Assembly: GCA_944377425.1 (NCBI GenBank)
Contig: CALWEX010000049.1
Span: 294 to 64,293 of the forward strand
Direction of reading: 5' to 3'
Length of the DNA: 64,000 nucleotides
From: an uncultured Clostridia bacterium
Lineage (GTDB): Bacteria; Bacillota; Clostridia; Lachnospirales; Anaerotignaceae
The notes beneath the pieces were generated by a model, which saw only the letters and a program-made list of their open reading frames with translations, was not told the origin of the DNA and did no database searches. The position numbers and the translations under genes are program-made. Of this stretch, positions 18,948 to 28,435 are shown piece after piece (the first letter of the stretch is position 1; each line of letters opens with the position of its first letter).

Positions 18948-19212
18948 TGATGAACCCCTCCTTTTTATATTATTATAAATCCAAACAGATAATATTTCAA
19001 TAGATTTAGTATTAAAAATACGTTATATTTAATTTATAAGTAATTTTTTTACGTATATGGCTTTAAAATGGTTTTTTACAGTATAAAGCGTCGTAATTTA
19101 ACTTTTTTATACATATTTTTAATAACAATTACATTTCATACAGCAATACCCTCTTTACATAACCACATTTTTTAATTATACTTACATCATACAATAGATT
19201 GGAAGTGATAAC

Positions 19213-19851
19213 ATGAAAGTAGAAAAGATAAGCGAAAACCAGATAAAACTTATACTTACAAGCGCTGACCTTAAAGAAAACAATCTTAAGCTGGAGGAAC
19301 TTATCAAGCCTTCCGACAAAACTCAAGACCTGTTTAGGGGTCTTATGGAAAAGGCCTTCAGCCAGTGCGGTTTCGAGGTTGACAACACACCTCTTATGGT
19401 TGAGGCTACGCCTATTTCTGTAGACGGACTTATGATTATAGTTACCAAACTTCCGGATAAAAACTCACAAAAAGATAATATGGCACTTATATCACAGAAT
19501 AAAGATTTAAGACGATATAAGAAAAAAGGCGTTGCGGCACTTAAAAACGAGCCTGCTTCTGAGGAAAACATAATTATATATTCTTTCCTCTGCCTTGATA
19601 ACGCTATAGACGCTTCTGTACGCATAGCAGAAAAATTTACCGGCTTTAGCGAGCTTTATAAATATAACCATAAATATTTTCTTCTTCTGCAAAGCGACAA
19701 AAAAGAAAACGACGAAACAATGGAGTTTGTGCTTAACGAATACGGAAACAGATATGCCTCTAACGTGCTGACCAAGTATTATTTAATGGAACACGGAAAC
19801 ATATTAATACATAACCCGGCGGTAAAAACAATATACGACAATTTCGCTTAA
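19213..19851 (+). CDS. mecA: adaptor protein MecA
   Basis: 212 aa, N-terminus MKVEKISENQIKLILTSADL typical of MecA. Confidence 0.85.
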   Translation: MKVEKISENQIKLILTSADLKENNLKLEELIKPSDKTQDLFRGLMEKAFSQCGFEVDNTPLMVEATPISVDGLMIIVTKLPDKNSQKDNMALISQNKDLRRYKKKGVAALKNEPASEENIIIYSFLCLDNAIDASVRIAEKFTGFSELYKYNHKYFLLLQSDKKENDETMEFVLNEYGNRYASNVLTKYYLMEHGNILIHNPAVKTIYDNFA

Positions 19852-19945
19852 AACCTCTTGCGGCTCATTCCTTTTTATTAAGGTCTGAGCCGTTTTAAAT
19901 ACCAATTTTAGTTAAACATTAAGCTGAATATATACGGAGAAATTA

Positions 19946-20782
19946 ATGAAAAAACTGTTTAAACTTATTTTAACTGCCATATTAATATTAGCAGCAATTT
20001 ATGCTTATTCAAAATACATAGAACCAAACAATCTTACTGTTAAAACACTTAATATCTCTACCCAAAAAGATATTAAGGATTTTAAGGCTGTATTTTTTAC
20101 CGATACACATTTTGGAGAGCTTTACAGCGTTGATAACGCCCAGAAAATATCCGACAAAATTAATTCCCTTAATCCGGATATTGTAATATTCGGCGGTGAT
20201 TTGCTGGATAATTACGCTCGAGACAGAGAAAATATGGATTTTGACAAACTGTCTTCTGCCCTTTCATCAATTACTGCTAAAAATGGAAAATTTGCCGTTT
20301 TTGGAAACCATGACATTGGCGGCGGCGCTGTACGTATGTATGATGACTTTATGTCTTCCTGCGGCTTTACAGTTTTGTGTGACGAAAGCGTTTATATTGA
20401 TGAGTATAATATAAAAATTGTAGGCTTTGATGACATTATGATGTCATACACAGAGCAAGAGCTTTATACACTAAAAAGCGATTACTTTAATATAATAGCC
20501 GCCCATGAACCTGAAACAGCCAAATATATACAAAGCCACAGCGATAACTTTATGTTAACAGGCCATACCCATGGCGGACAAGTTTATATTCCGTTTTTAA
20601 CAGATAAAATACTTCCTCCAGGCTCTGGCGGTTTTAGAAAAGGCCTTTACACTCAAGAAGAAATACATACAGATGTATCAATTAATTTATATGTAAGCAG
20701 CGGTATTGGCCTTACAAAAGTACCGTTTCGGCTTTTTAACACACCAGAAATAATAGAAATTAATTTCAAAAAAGAAAACTGA
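19946..20782 (+). CDS. membrane-anchored metallophosphoesterase
   Basis: N-terminal TM helix; motifs DTHFG, GGDL, GNHD and GHTHGGQ. Confidence 0.88.
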   Translation: MKKLFKLILTAILILAAIYAYSKYIEPNNLTVKTLNISTQKDIKDFKAVFFTDTHFGELYSVDNAQKISDKINSLNPDIVIFGGDLLDNYARDRENMDFDKLSSALSSITAKNGKFAVFGNHDIGGGAVRMYDDFMSSCGFTVLCDESVYIDEYNIKIVGFDDIMMSYTEQELYTLKSDYFNIIAAHEPETAKYIQSHSDNFMLTGHTHGGQVYIPFLTDKILPPGSGGFRKGLYTQEEIHTDVSINLYVSSGIGLTKVPFRLFNTPEIIEINFKKEN

Positions 20783-20793
20783 TTTTTTATTTT

Positions 20794-20823
20794 GGCGCTT
20801 TATTTAAACAAAGCGCCTTTTTT
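20794..20823 (+). terminator. rho-independent terminator
   Basis: GGCGCTTT / AAAGCGCC stem followed by TTTTTT. Confidence 0.8.
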
Positions 20824-20914
20824 AATATCAAAATAAATATATTTTATTTTTTGTACCTGCAATATTTTGGTTTTGCGCTCATATACTTAGAAAAGAAAAG
20901 GAGGTATAAAAAAT

Positions 20915-21595
20915 ATGTATTATCCAAACTGCACCTGCCCAGACGGCTCAACACCGGATAAGGAGCCAGTAAAGCCTGAAATGTCATACATCCGTTTTTT
21001 AAACGCTATACCAAACCAACCAGAAATAGTAATTGATATATACGTTAACAGAAAGCTTGTAGTTAAAAACCTTAAATACGAAGATTTTACAGAGTATATT
21101 CCAGCTAAAAGCGGCGTTTATAACGTGCAGATTTATCCTGCCGGAAACCACACAGAGCAGCTTTTAGATATAAGAATAAAAACAGAGCCTGACAAAATTT
21201 ACACAGCAGCGGCTATAGGCACAATTAATAATGTAGAGCTTGAAGTTTTTGAGGATAAATACCTTGAAGACAGCGCTTCAAATGCTTATATGCGCTTTGC
21301 TAACCTTTCCCCTGACAGCCCTGGCCTTAATATATTTATAGACGACGTTCCTGTTGTTTACGACCTTCAGTATTTGGAAGTTACAGACTACCTTAAATTA
21401 AGCGATGGCAAACACACCATGAAAGTTGAAAGAGCTGACAACAACGAACGTGTTATATCTCACCCTAACATGGTGCTTAAAAACGGCTATATTTACACAT
21501 CTTATATGGTAGGCCTTGTAAACGGAGAGCCGTTTATACAAGTTCTTATACCTCTTGACGGCTCAAGCTATATTAAAACAAATGACCAAGATTGA
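20915..21595 (+). CDS. DUF4397 domain protein
   Basis: 226 aa with two repeats of the IRFLNA.P....IDIYVN / MRFANLSPDSPGLNIFID pattern; strong AAGGAGG RBS. Confidence 0.65.
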   Translation: MYYPNCTCPDGSTPDKEPVKPEMSYIRFLNAIPNQPEIVIDIYVNRKLVVKNLKYEDFTEYIPAKSGVYNVQIYPAGNHTEQLLDIRIKTEPDKIYTAAAIGTINNVELEVFEDKYLEDSASNAYMRFANLSPDSPGLNIFIDDVPVVYDLQYLEVTDYLKLSDGKHTMKVERADNNERVISHPNMVLKNGYIYTSYMVGLVNGEPFIQVLIPLDGSSYIKTNDQD

Positions 21596-21620
21596 TATTT
21601 TTAAAACAATCTGTATTTCA

Positions 21621-21655
21621 AACCGGTACAGCCAACACTGTGCCGGTTTTATTTT
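21621..21655 (+). terminator. rho-independent terminator
   Basis: AACCGGTACAG / CTGTGCCGGTT stem followed by TTATTTT. Confidence 0.8.
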
Positions 21656-21818
21656 AAAAAAATACATATAAATACCTAAATTTTGATTTGTAAAATTATA
21701 TATTCCATTAAATAATGACAAATTCATAACAAAAAGTAATAGTAATGAGAATAAAAAAGATGTATAATTTTTATAACAATATAGTTGTTTAAAATATATA
21801 AGTAAGGGGGATTGTCTT

Positions 21819-23654
21819 TTGAGCCGACTTAGTATTATAACACCAGATTACGCCCAAACCGTAGTCGAAAACCTTTATAAGGACATAGAACGAAGAATAA
21901 CAGCCAGCCCGCCGGGTATATGCCCTATTGACATTTCAAATGCTTTTTTGAAAATGTGTCATGCTCAAACCTGCGGAAAGTGCGTTCCATGCCGTGTTGG
22001 TCTTACACAGCTTTCAAAACTTATGGATGATGTTTTAGATGGCAACGCAACAATGGAACATATAGACATAATAGAAAAAACAGCCCGTGTTATTAAAAAT
22101 ACAGCCGACTGCGCCATAGGCTATGAAGCCGCAAACATGGTACTTAAAGGTGTTGTTGGCTTTAGAGACGATTACATAGAACATATAGAAAATAAGCGCT
22201 GTAGGTTTAACATTTATCAGCCTGTTCCTTGTGTTTCGCTCTGCCCTGCCGGAGTTGACATACCAGGTTACATAGCCCTTGTAAATGACGGACGCTGTGC
22301 CGATGCCGTAAGGCTTATAAGAAAAGATAATCCTTTCCCGGTTTCATGCGCATTTGTATGTGAGCACCCTTGTGAAGCGCGCTGCCGTAGAAACATGATA
22401 GACGATTCTATTAATATCCGCGCTTTAAAACGCTATGCCGTAGACCATGCCGGCATTGTCCCTTCTCCTGAAAAAGCCGCATCTACAGGCAAAAAAGTAG
22501 CCATTATAGGCGGAGGTCCAAGCGGACTTAGTGCTGCATACTACCTTTCACTTATGGGCCACAGTGTTGAAGTATTTGAAAAGCGCGATAAATTAGGCGG
22601 AATGCTCCGTTACGGCATACCAAGCTATCGCCTTCCAAGAGAACGCCTTCAGGAAGACATAGAATGTATACTTTCAACGGGTGTTAAAGTGCACACAGGC
22701 GTTGAAATAGGCAAAGACATTACAATACCTCAGCTTAACGACGATTTTGACTGTATATATATTGCCATAGGCGCCCATAACGACAAAAAAATAGGCATAG
22801 ACGGTGAGGATAAACGCGGCGTAATTTCAGCCGTTGAAATGCTCCGTTCCATAGGCGACAACACACTTCCGGACTTTACAAAAAAACGTGTTGTAGTAGT
22901 AGGCGGCGGAAATGTAGCTATGGACTGCACAAGAAGCGCCAAGCGTTTAGGAGCCGAAAGTGTAACTTGTGTTTATCGCAGGCGCCGGGTTGATATGACA
23001 GCCCTTCCGGAAGAAGTTGAAGGTGCTGAGTCAGAAGGCTGTGACATACTCTGCCTTCAGGCACCTGTTAAAATTTCCGGCGATGAAGACGGTAATGTAA
23101 CATCTATTTGGGTTCAGCCGCAGTTAGCCGGTGAAATAGATAAATCAGGCCGTCCAAAACCGGTAAACGCCAATGCTGCGCCTATACGCCTTGCCTGCGA
23201 TATAGTAATAGCTGCCGTAGGCCAAGGAATAGAAATACAGCCTTTTGAAGAATTCGGCGTTAAAGTAAAACGTGGAGTTATAGACACCCTTGCCAGCAAT
23301 GAGGTTACAAATATAGACGGAATATTTGCCGGCGGAGACTGTGTAACAGGCCCGGCAACAGTTATAAGAGCTATAGCAGCCGGAAAAGTTGCGGCAGCCA
23401 ATATAGACGAATACCTTGGCTTTAACCATATAATTTCAACTGATGTGGATGTACCGCTTCCGCGGCTTAATGTTAAGCCTGCCTGCGGAAGAATGAACAC
23501 CAAAGAACGCAGTGCCGGAGAGCGAAACAGCGACTTTAATTTAATAGAAACAGGTCTTACCCAAGAAGAAGCCCTGTTGGAGTCCAGCCGCTGTTTAAGA
23601 TGCGACCATTACGGATACGGCATATTCAAAGGAGGTAGAATTGAGAAATGGTAA
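21819..23654 (+). CDS. NAD(P)H oxidoreductase: NuoF-type Fe-S domain fused to a GltD-like (glutamate synthase small-subunit) module
   Basis: 611 aa, TTG start behind AAGGGGGA. Motifs CGKCVPCRVG (NuoF C-terminal cluster), Cys-rich 4Fe-4S region, and dinucleotide folds GGGPSGLSAAYYL and VVVVGGGNVAMDC. Confidence 0.85.
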   Translation: MSRLSIITPDYAQTVVENLYKDIERRITASPPGICPIDISNAFLKMCHAQTCGKCVPCRVGLTQLSKLMDDVLDGNATMEHIDIIEKTARVIKNTADCAIGYEAANMVLKGVVGFRDDYIEHIENKRCRFNIYQPVPCVSLCPAGVDIPGYIALVNDGRCADAVRLIRKDNPFPVSCAFVCEHPCEARCRRNMIDDSINIRALKRYAVDHAGIVPSPEKAASTGKKVAIIGGGPSGLSAAYYLSLMGHSVEVFEKRDKLGGMLRYGIPSYRLPRERLQEDIECILSTGVKVHTGVEIGKDITIPQLNDDFDCIYIAIGAHNDKKIGIDGEDKRGVISAVEMLRSIGDNTLPDFTKKRVVVVGGGNVAMDCTRSAKRLGAESVTCVYRRRRVDMTALPEEVEGAESEGCDILCLQAPVKISGDEDGNVTSIWVQPQLAGEIDKSGRPKPVNANAAPIRLACDIVIAAVGQGIEIQPFEEFGVKVKRGVIDTLASNEVTNIDGIFAGGDCVTGPATVIRAIAAGKVAAANIDEYLGFNHIISTDVDVPLPRLNVKPACGRMNTKERSAGERNSDFNLIETGLTQEEALLESSRCLRCDHYGYGIFKGGRIEKW

Positions 23655-25393
23655 AACTTACAATAGACAACATACCTGTTGAGGTAAGCGAAAACACCAC
23701 TATACTGGAAGCCGCCAAGGCCGCCGGTATAAACATACCTACCCTCTGCTATCTTAAAGATATTAACGAAATAGCCGCATGCCGTGTCTGCATAGTTGAA
23801 ATAGAAGGCATGGACAGGCTTATATCATCTTGCAATAACCTTGTGCGTGAAGGAATGAATGTATACACCAACAGCCCTAAAGTACGAGAAGCCAGAAGGG
23901 TAAATGTAGAACTTATATTATCCCAGCACAACACAAACTGCGCTTACTGCTACAGAAGCGGCAACTGCGCACTTCAAAAAGTTGCCAACGATTTGGGAAT
24001 ATACGAAACAGCCTACGAAAAAATAATCCCTAAAAAGAATTGGAGTCCAAGAGCCATACTTAAACGCGATGCGTCAAAGTGTATAAAATGTATGAGATGT
24101 ATACAAATTTGTGATAAAGTTCAGAGCCTTCATATTTGGGATGTAGACGGCACAGGCTCCCGAACAACAGTAGATGTGGCACAAAACAGGCGTATTATGG
24201 ATTCCGACTGCTCAATTTGCGGTCAGTGCATAACCCACTGTCCTGTAGGCGCTCTTTACTGCCGGGACGATACAGACAAATTTTTCGAAGCTTTAGCTGA
24301 TAAAGATAAAGTTGTTGTAGCCCAAATAGCCCCTGCCGTTAGAGCATCTTGGGGTGAAGAATTAGGTCTCGAACGCGAAAAAGCAACTGTAGGCACAATA
24401 ACAGCTGCTCTTAAGCGAATGGGAGTTGACTATGTTTTTGATACTGACTTTTCTGCCGACCTCACTATTATGGAAGAAGGCAGTGAGCTTCTTAAACGTA
24501 TTGCCCAAGGCCAAAACAAGTACCCTCTTTTTACTTCCTGCTGTCCGGCATGGGTGCGTTTTATAAAGTCTCAATACCCAGATATGGTGGACTGTCTTTC
24601 AACAGCCAAGTCACCTCAGCAGATGTTCGGCGCTATACTTAAAACATACTATGCTAAAATAATGGGTATACCTGCTGAAAAGTTGTTTTTTGTTTCAATT
24701 ATGCCATGTGTAGCCAAAAAGAAAGAAGCTTCACTGCCTACTATGGACGATGCCAAAACAGGCCGCGATGTAGATTTGGTTCTTACAACCCGAGAACTTG
24801 TTAAAATAATAAGAGCTGAGCACATTAATGTTGAAAGCTTAAGCGATATGCCTTTTGATTATCCTATAGAAACAAGCAGCGGCGCCGGAGTAATATTCGG
24901 CACAACAGGCGGAGTTATGGAAGCAGCTTTAAGAACGGCGTATTTTATTGTAGAAGGCCATAACCCTGAGCCTGACATGTTTAAAGATGTACGTATAGAA
25001 AGCGGAATTAAAAAGGCAGTCTTTAAATTAGGCCAAAAAGATTTAAGTATTGCTGTTGCCAGCGGCCTTGGCAATGCCAGAAAGCTTATTAAATCAATAA
25101 GAAGCGGCAAAGAGCATTTTGACTTTGTAGAAATAATGGCCTGTCCTGGCGGCTGTTCCGGCGGCGGTGGTCAGCCTATACACGAAGGCAGCGAGCTTTA
25201 TGCCGTTAGAGGAAATGAGCTTTATACACTTGATAAAAATTCACAAATCCGTTATTCTCACGAAAACCCTGTAATTGCAAATCTTTATAAAAATTACCTT
25301 GAAACACCGCTTTCTGAAAAAGCCGAAGAACTTCTGCATACAAACCACCACGGCTGGTCAATGCCTTCTGAAAGCGAACATACAGAAATTTAA
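23648..25393 (+). CDS. hydA: [FeFe] hydrogenase catalytic subunit
   Basis: 581 aa with N-terminal 2Fe-2S and 4Fe-4S domains. H-cluster motifs TSCCPAW, MPCVAKKKE and EIMACPGGCSGGGGQP. The start overlaps the upstream stop by 7 nt. Confidence 0.95.
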   Translation: MVKLTIDNIPVEVSENTTILEAAKAAGINIPTLCYLKDINEIAACRVCIVEIEGMDRLISSCNNLVREGMNVYTNSPKVREARRVNVELILSQHNTNCAYCYRSGNCALQKVANDLGIYETAYEKIIPKKNWSPRAILKRDASKCIKCMRCIQICDKVQSLHIWDVDGTGSRTTVDVAQNRRIMDSDCSICGQCITHCPVGALYCRDDTDKFFEALADKDKVVVAQIAPAVRASWGEELGLEREKATVGTITAALKRMGVDYVFDTDFSADLTIMEEGSELLKRIAQGQNKYPLFTSCCPAWVRFIKSQYPDMVDCLSTAKSPQQMFGAILKTYYAKIMGIPAEKLFFVSIMPCVAKKKEASLPTMDDAKTGRDVDLVLTTRELVKIIRAEHINVESLSDMPFDYPIETSSGAGVIFGTTGGVMEAALRTAYFIVEGHNPEPDMFKDVRIESGIKKAVFKLGQKDLSIAVASGLGNARKLIKSIRSGKEHFDFVEIMACPGGCSGGGGQPIHEGSELYAVRGNELYTLDKNSQIRYSHENPVIANLYKNYLETPLSEKAEELLHTNHHGWSMPSESEHTEI

Positions 25394-25403
25394 AAACACT
25401 CTT

Positions 25404-25438
25404 AAAGGGTGTCGGCTTTTACCGATGCCCTTTATTTT
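25404..25438 (+). terminator. rho-independent terminator after hydA
   Basis: AAAGGGTGTCGG / CCGATGCCCTTT stem followed by ATTTT. Confidence 0.75.
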
Positions 25439-25473
25439 AACTTAATATAACATAATTAGCATTGGAGATAAAA

Positions 25474-26256
25474 ATGTATATAATATTTATTTTAGTAAGT
25501 TTTGGAGCCTGCGTTATAGGCCGTATATGCGGCCTTGGGGGCGGAGTAATAATAAAACCTGTATTAGACGCTTTTGGCCTTGTAAGCCCTCAGGTTATTA
25601 ACTTTTTATCAAGCTGTACCGTTCTTGTTATGACGGCCTACTCCGTTTCAAAAGCCATAGTTAAAAAAGATGTGCAAATGGATTTATCCATAAGCACACC
25701 TTTAGCCATAGGCTCATGTATAGGCGGAATTGCCGGTAAAAAAATATTTACGGCTTTAATCTCTCTTTTGCCTTCTGCTGATATGTCGGCTATGGTTCAG
25801 GCGGCAATACTGCTATCTATGCTTATACCTGTACTAATATTTACTGTTTTTAAAAGTAAAGTTCACACATACAATATAAAAAATAAAGCCCTTTGCGTAA
25901 TTGTAGGCTTTGTTTTAGGCATAATTTCAGCATTCTTAAGCGGCGGAAGCGGACCTATGAATATGGCTGTACTGCTGTTTTTGTTCTCTATGCCGTCAAA
26001 GGTAGCTGTTATAAACTCGCTTTATATAATACTTTTTTCACAGATAGCCAGCTTTATACAAACAGTTGCGTCAAAAAATATACCTTCATTTAATGTTTTA
26101 ATACTTATAGGAATGATATTAGGCGCCATTTTAGGCAGTGAGTGCGGAAGGTTTGTAAATAATAAAGTAAGCTCAAAAACTGTAGACAAGCTTTTTATTC
26201 TTCTTTTAATTTCACTTATAGCACTGAATATATTCAACATAGTAAAATATATTTAA
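25474..26256 (+). CDS. TauE/SafE family anion exporter (membrane protein)
   Basis: Polytopic and Gly-rich. ATG 25474 behind GGAGA is preferred over the tracked TTG at 25462. Confidence 0.75.
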   Translation: MYIIFILVSFGACVIGRICGLGGGVIIKPVLDAFGLVSPQVINFLSSCTVLVMTAYSVSKAIVKKDVQMDLSISTPLAIGSCIGGIAGKKIFTALISLLPSADMSAMVQAAILLSMLIPVLIFTVFKSKVHTYNIKNKALCVIVGFVLGIISAFLSGGSGPMNMAVLLFLFSMPSKVAVINSLYIILFSQIASFIQTVASKNIPSFNVLILIGMILGAILGSECGRFVNNKVSSKTVDKLFILLLISLIALNIFNIVKYI

Positions 26257-26302
26257 ATCTTAGCTCTTAATTTTGTTTTTGTATATTTAAAATTATAGCA
26301 AA

Positions 26303-26419
26303 TAAAAATACCGGCTTTAGAGCCGGTATTTTTATTTTTAGAAGGGGTTTTAATGCAATTTTTTTATTAGGGTTTGTAATTTTAAGGGGTTATGTTTGCT
26401 TCTATGTTTTGTATTATGC
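26303..26419 (-). ncRNA. candidate small RNA with three C-rich motifs (unverified)
   Basis: Minus strand TTTACA (26455-26450), 18 nt spacer, CATAAT (26431-26426), then about 115 nt with no AUG. It contains AACCCCUU, AACCCUAA and AACCCCUU and ends at the 26311-26326 hairpin plus U-run. Confidence 0.3.
26304..26333. terminator. bidirectional terminator
   Basis: AAAAATA-CCGGCT-TTAG-AGCCGG-TATTTTT. Confidence 0.8.
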
Positions 26420-26496
26420 CATTAAATTATGTATCCAAAATGGATATAGTGTAAATAATTTGTTAACACTAATTATGACAAAAAAATCAAAATTAG

Positions 26497-26539
26497 CTGC
26501 CCCGTAAAAGCTAATTTTTAGCTTAAAACACAGGCAGCA
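26497..26539 (-). terminator. terminator of the abfD-like/nfu operon
   Basis: GCTGCC / GGCAGC outer stem enclosing an AAGCTAA-TTT-TTAGCTT inner hairpin. The minus strand then reads UAAUUUUGAUUUUUUU. Confidence 0.65.
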
Positions 26540-26547
26540 TTTTTTGA

Positions 26548-26838
26548 TTATATTTTGTGGTTAAGTATTTTTAAAGCCATATCCAGCATATCATCCGGCA
26601 CATCATTTACAAGAATTACATCTTTTAAATCCTTAAACTCTGACAAAAGCACATTTTTTATACTATCCTCAAAAGTGCTTGCTGCCGCCGGACAAGTCAT
26701 ACACTGCCCCATAAGTTTTACACGAAGTGTGTTGTTATCCAAACTTACTATTTTCACATCTCCGCCATGGCTTATTAAATATGGCCGTATATTTTTTTCT
26801 ACAAAACTTTCTATATCGTTTAAATTATTACTCATCAT
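26548..26838 (-). CDS. NifU C-terminal domain (Nfu-type) Fe-S cluster carrier
   Basis: About 96 aa, GGDVKIVSLD...GQCMTCPAA (CxxC). The ATG at 26838 or 26835 lies inside the last codons of the upstream gene. Confidence 0.8.
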   Translation of the reverse strand: MMSNNLNDIESFVEKNIRPYLISHGGDVKIVSLDNNTLRVKLMGQCMTCPAAASTFEDSIKNVLLSEFKDLKDVILVNDVPDDMLDMALKILNHKI

Positions 26839-28288
26839 TTTCACCAAAATGGGCTATAGCCTTAGCCATTTTCTTTTTGCTCTCCAAATCGCCCTGGCGA
26901 GAAATCATAATTCTCTGTGCCTGTGGGCTTCCTGCTCCGTGCATTGATTCTGTGAGGTATCCAACGGCCGCTGTTCCCAATGTAAGGTTTTCTATAAGGC
27001 GCATAATGCGTATTCTGTCTTTTGCAGATACACCGGAAATACCTTTAAAATATTTAGCTATGTAAGGTCCAGTTACAGGGTTATCAATATCTACTTCCGA
27101 AGGAGCCGTTACCATAAGACCGCCGGCTATGTCCTGAGCAAGACGGGCTATTTCATAAGGCAGTCTTGTTACATTCTGCTTGCATACATTGGCTAAAAGT
27201 AAATCTATAAGGCAGTTTCCAGACTCTGTCATAACACCTTCGCATGAGCATGCAATTCCGCAGGAGTAAAGTGTTTCGTTAAGATGAATCATTTCTATAA
27301 GCTTATCTTTAATATGACTTGCCTTAGGTACACCGTTTATTTCGGCCGCAACAGCCGCAGCACCTATAAGCACATCGCCAACACCTACTTTACAGCCACC
27401 GTAGCTTTGTCTATGGTATCCAGCAAATCTTTCTACCAGCATTGAACAGAACTCTGTTTCACCATTCATAAATATTCTGTTGTTTGGAACAAATACATTG
27501 TCAAATACAGTAAGAGCTTCTACTCCGCCAAAAGCTCTGTTTCCTACATCAAGCTTTGAGCCTTCAAGCTTTCTTGTATCACAGCTTTGACGGCCTACAA
27601 TCATAAAAAGTCCTTCAGCATCAAGGGGAACAGCAAAAGAAAGTGCATAGTCCTTATCGTCAGGGCCCATAGCTACAGTAGGCATAACAAGTACCTCATG
27701 GGAATTACAAATGCCTGTTTGATGCGCTTTTGCACCCCTTACAACTATACCGTCAGGACGTCTTTCAACCACTCTTAAATAAAGGTCAGGGTCTGCTTGT
27801 TTGCTCGGGGAAAGGCCCCTGTCACCTTTAGGGTCTGTCATAGCACCATCTATTGTAAGGTCTTTTTCCTGACAGTACTGAACATATTTTTTAAATTTCT
27901 CGTGATAGTCAGTGCCGTATTTTTTATCTATCTCAAAAGTTGTGCTGTAAACTGCATTTATGGCGTCAAGTCCTACACATCTTTGGAAACAAGCTGCTGT
28001 TTTTTGTCCGCAGAGCCTTTGCATTTTAACCTTTTTAACCAAATCGTCAGGGTTTTGATGTATATGTGTAAAACGGTTTATAGTTTCGCCTGTTAAATGG
28101 CTTTTTGCCGTCATTAAATCAGCATATCTTGGATTATTGGCCAAATCGTAAGTCATTCTTACGGAATTAAGTGATGGCTGTAAAATTGGATTTCCAACAG
28201 CCGTTTCATATTCCTTGCCAAACATATATATTCTCATTTTTATTTTTTTAATGCTTTCAATATACTGTTCGCCTGTCATAAGTGCCAT
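26828..28288 (-). CDS. 4-hydroxybutyryl-CoA dehydratase/vinylacetyl-CoA isomerase-like (AbfD/HpaB family) flavoenzyme
   Basis: Start MALMTGEQYIES (ATG 28288). Candidate cluster ligands are CFQRC and HRQSYGGC, as in AbfD-type enzymes. Confidence 0.8.
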   Translation of the reverse strand: MALMTGEQYIESIKKIKMRIYMFGKEYETAVGNPILQPSLNSVRMTYDLANNPRYADLMTAKSHLTGETINRFTHIHQNPDDLVKKVKMQRLCGQKTAACFQRCVGLDAINAVYSTTFEIDKKYGTDYHEKFKKYVQYCQEKDLTIDGAMTDPKGDRGLSPSKQADPDLYLRVVERRPDGIVVRGAKAHQTGICNSHEVLVMPTVAMGPDDKDYALSFAVPLDAEGLFMIVGRQSCDTRKLEGSKLDVGNRAFGGVEALTVFDNVFVPNNRIFMNGETEFCSMLVERFAGYHRQSYGGCKVGVGDVLIGAAAVAAEINGVPKASHIKDKLIEMIHLNETLYSCGIACSCEGVMTESGNCLIDLLLANVCKQNVTRLPYEIARLAQDIAGGLMVTAPSEVDIDNPVTGPYIAKYFKGISGVSAKDRIRIMRLIENLTLGTAAVGYLTESMHGAGSPQAQRIMISRQGDLESKKKMAKAIAHFGENDE

Positions 28289-28435
28289 ATTAATCAATCC
28301 TTTCATGTGTTAGAATTAAAATCCTTAGTTATATAATAAATCTTAATGCACATTTGAGGCAATACAAAAATGAAAAAAATATTTCCCAATAAAATAAATT
28401 TCGTCATTTTTTATTTAAAAAACTAACATACACAA

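Noticed and set aside
21656-21818. Rex (NADH-sensing repressor) operator upstream of the hydrogenase operon.
   Set aside because: The only partial match, TTGTTTAAAATATATAAG, lacks the right half-site (TTAACAA or TTCACAA). An extended -10 (TGTATAAT, 21759-21766) is the only clear element.
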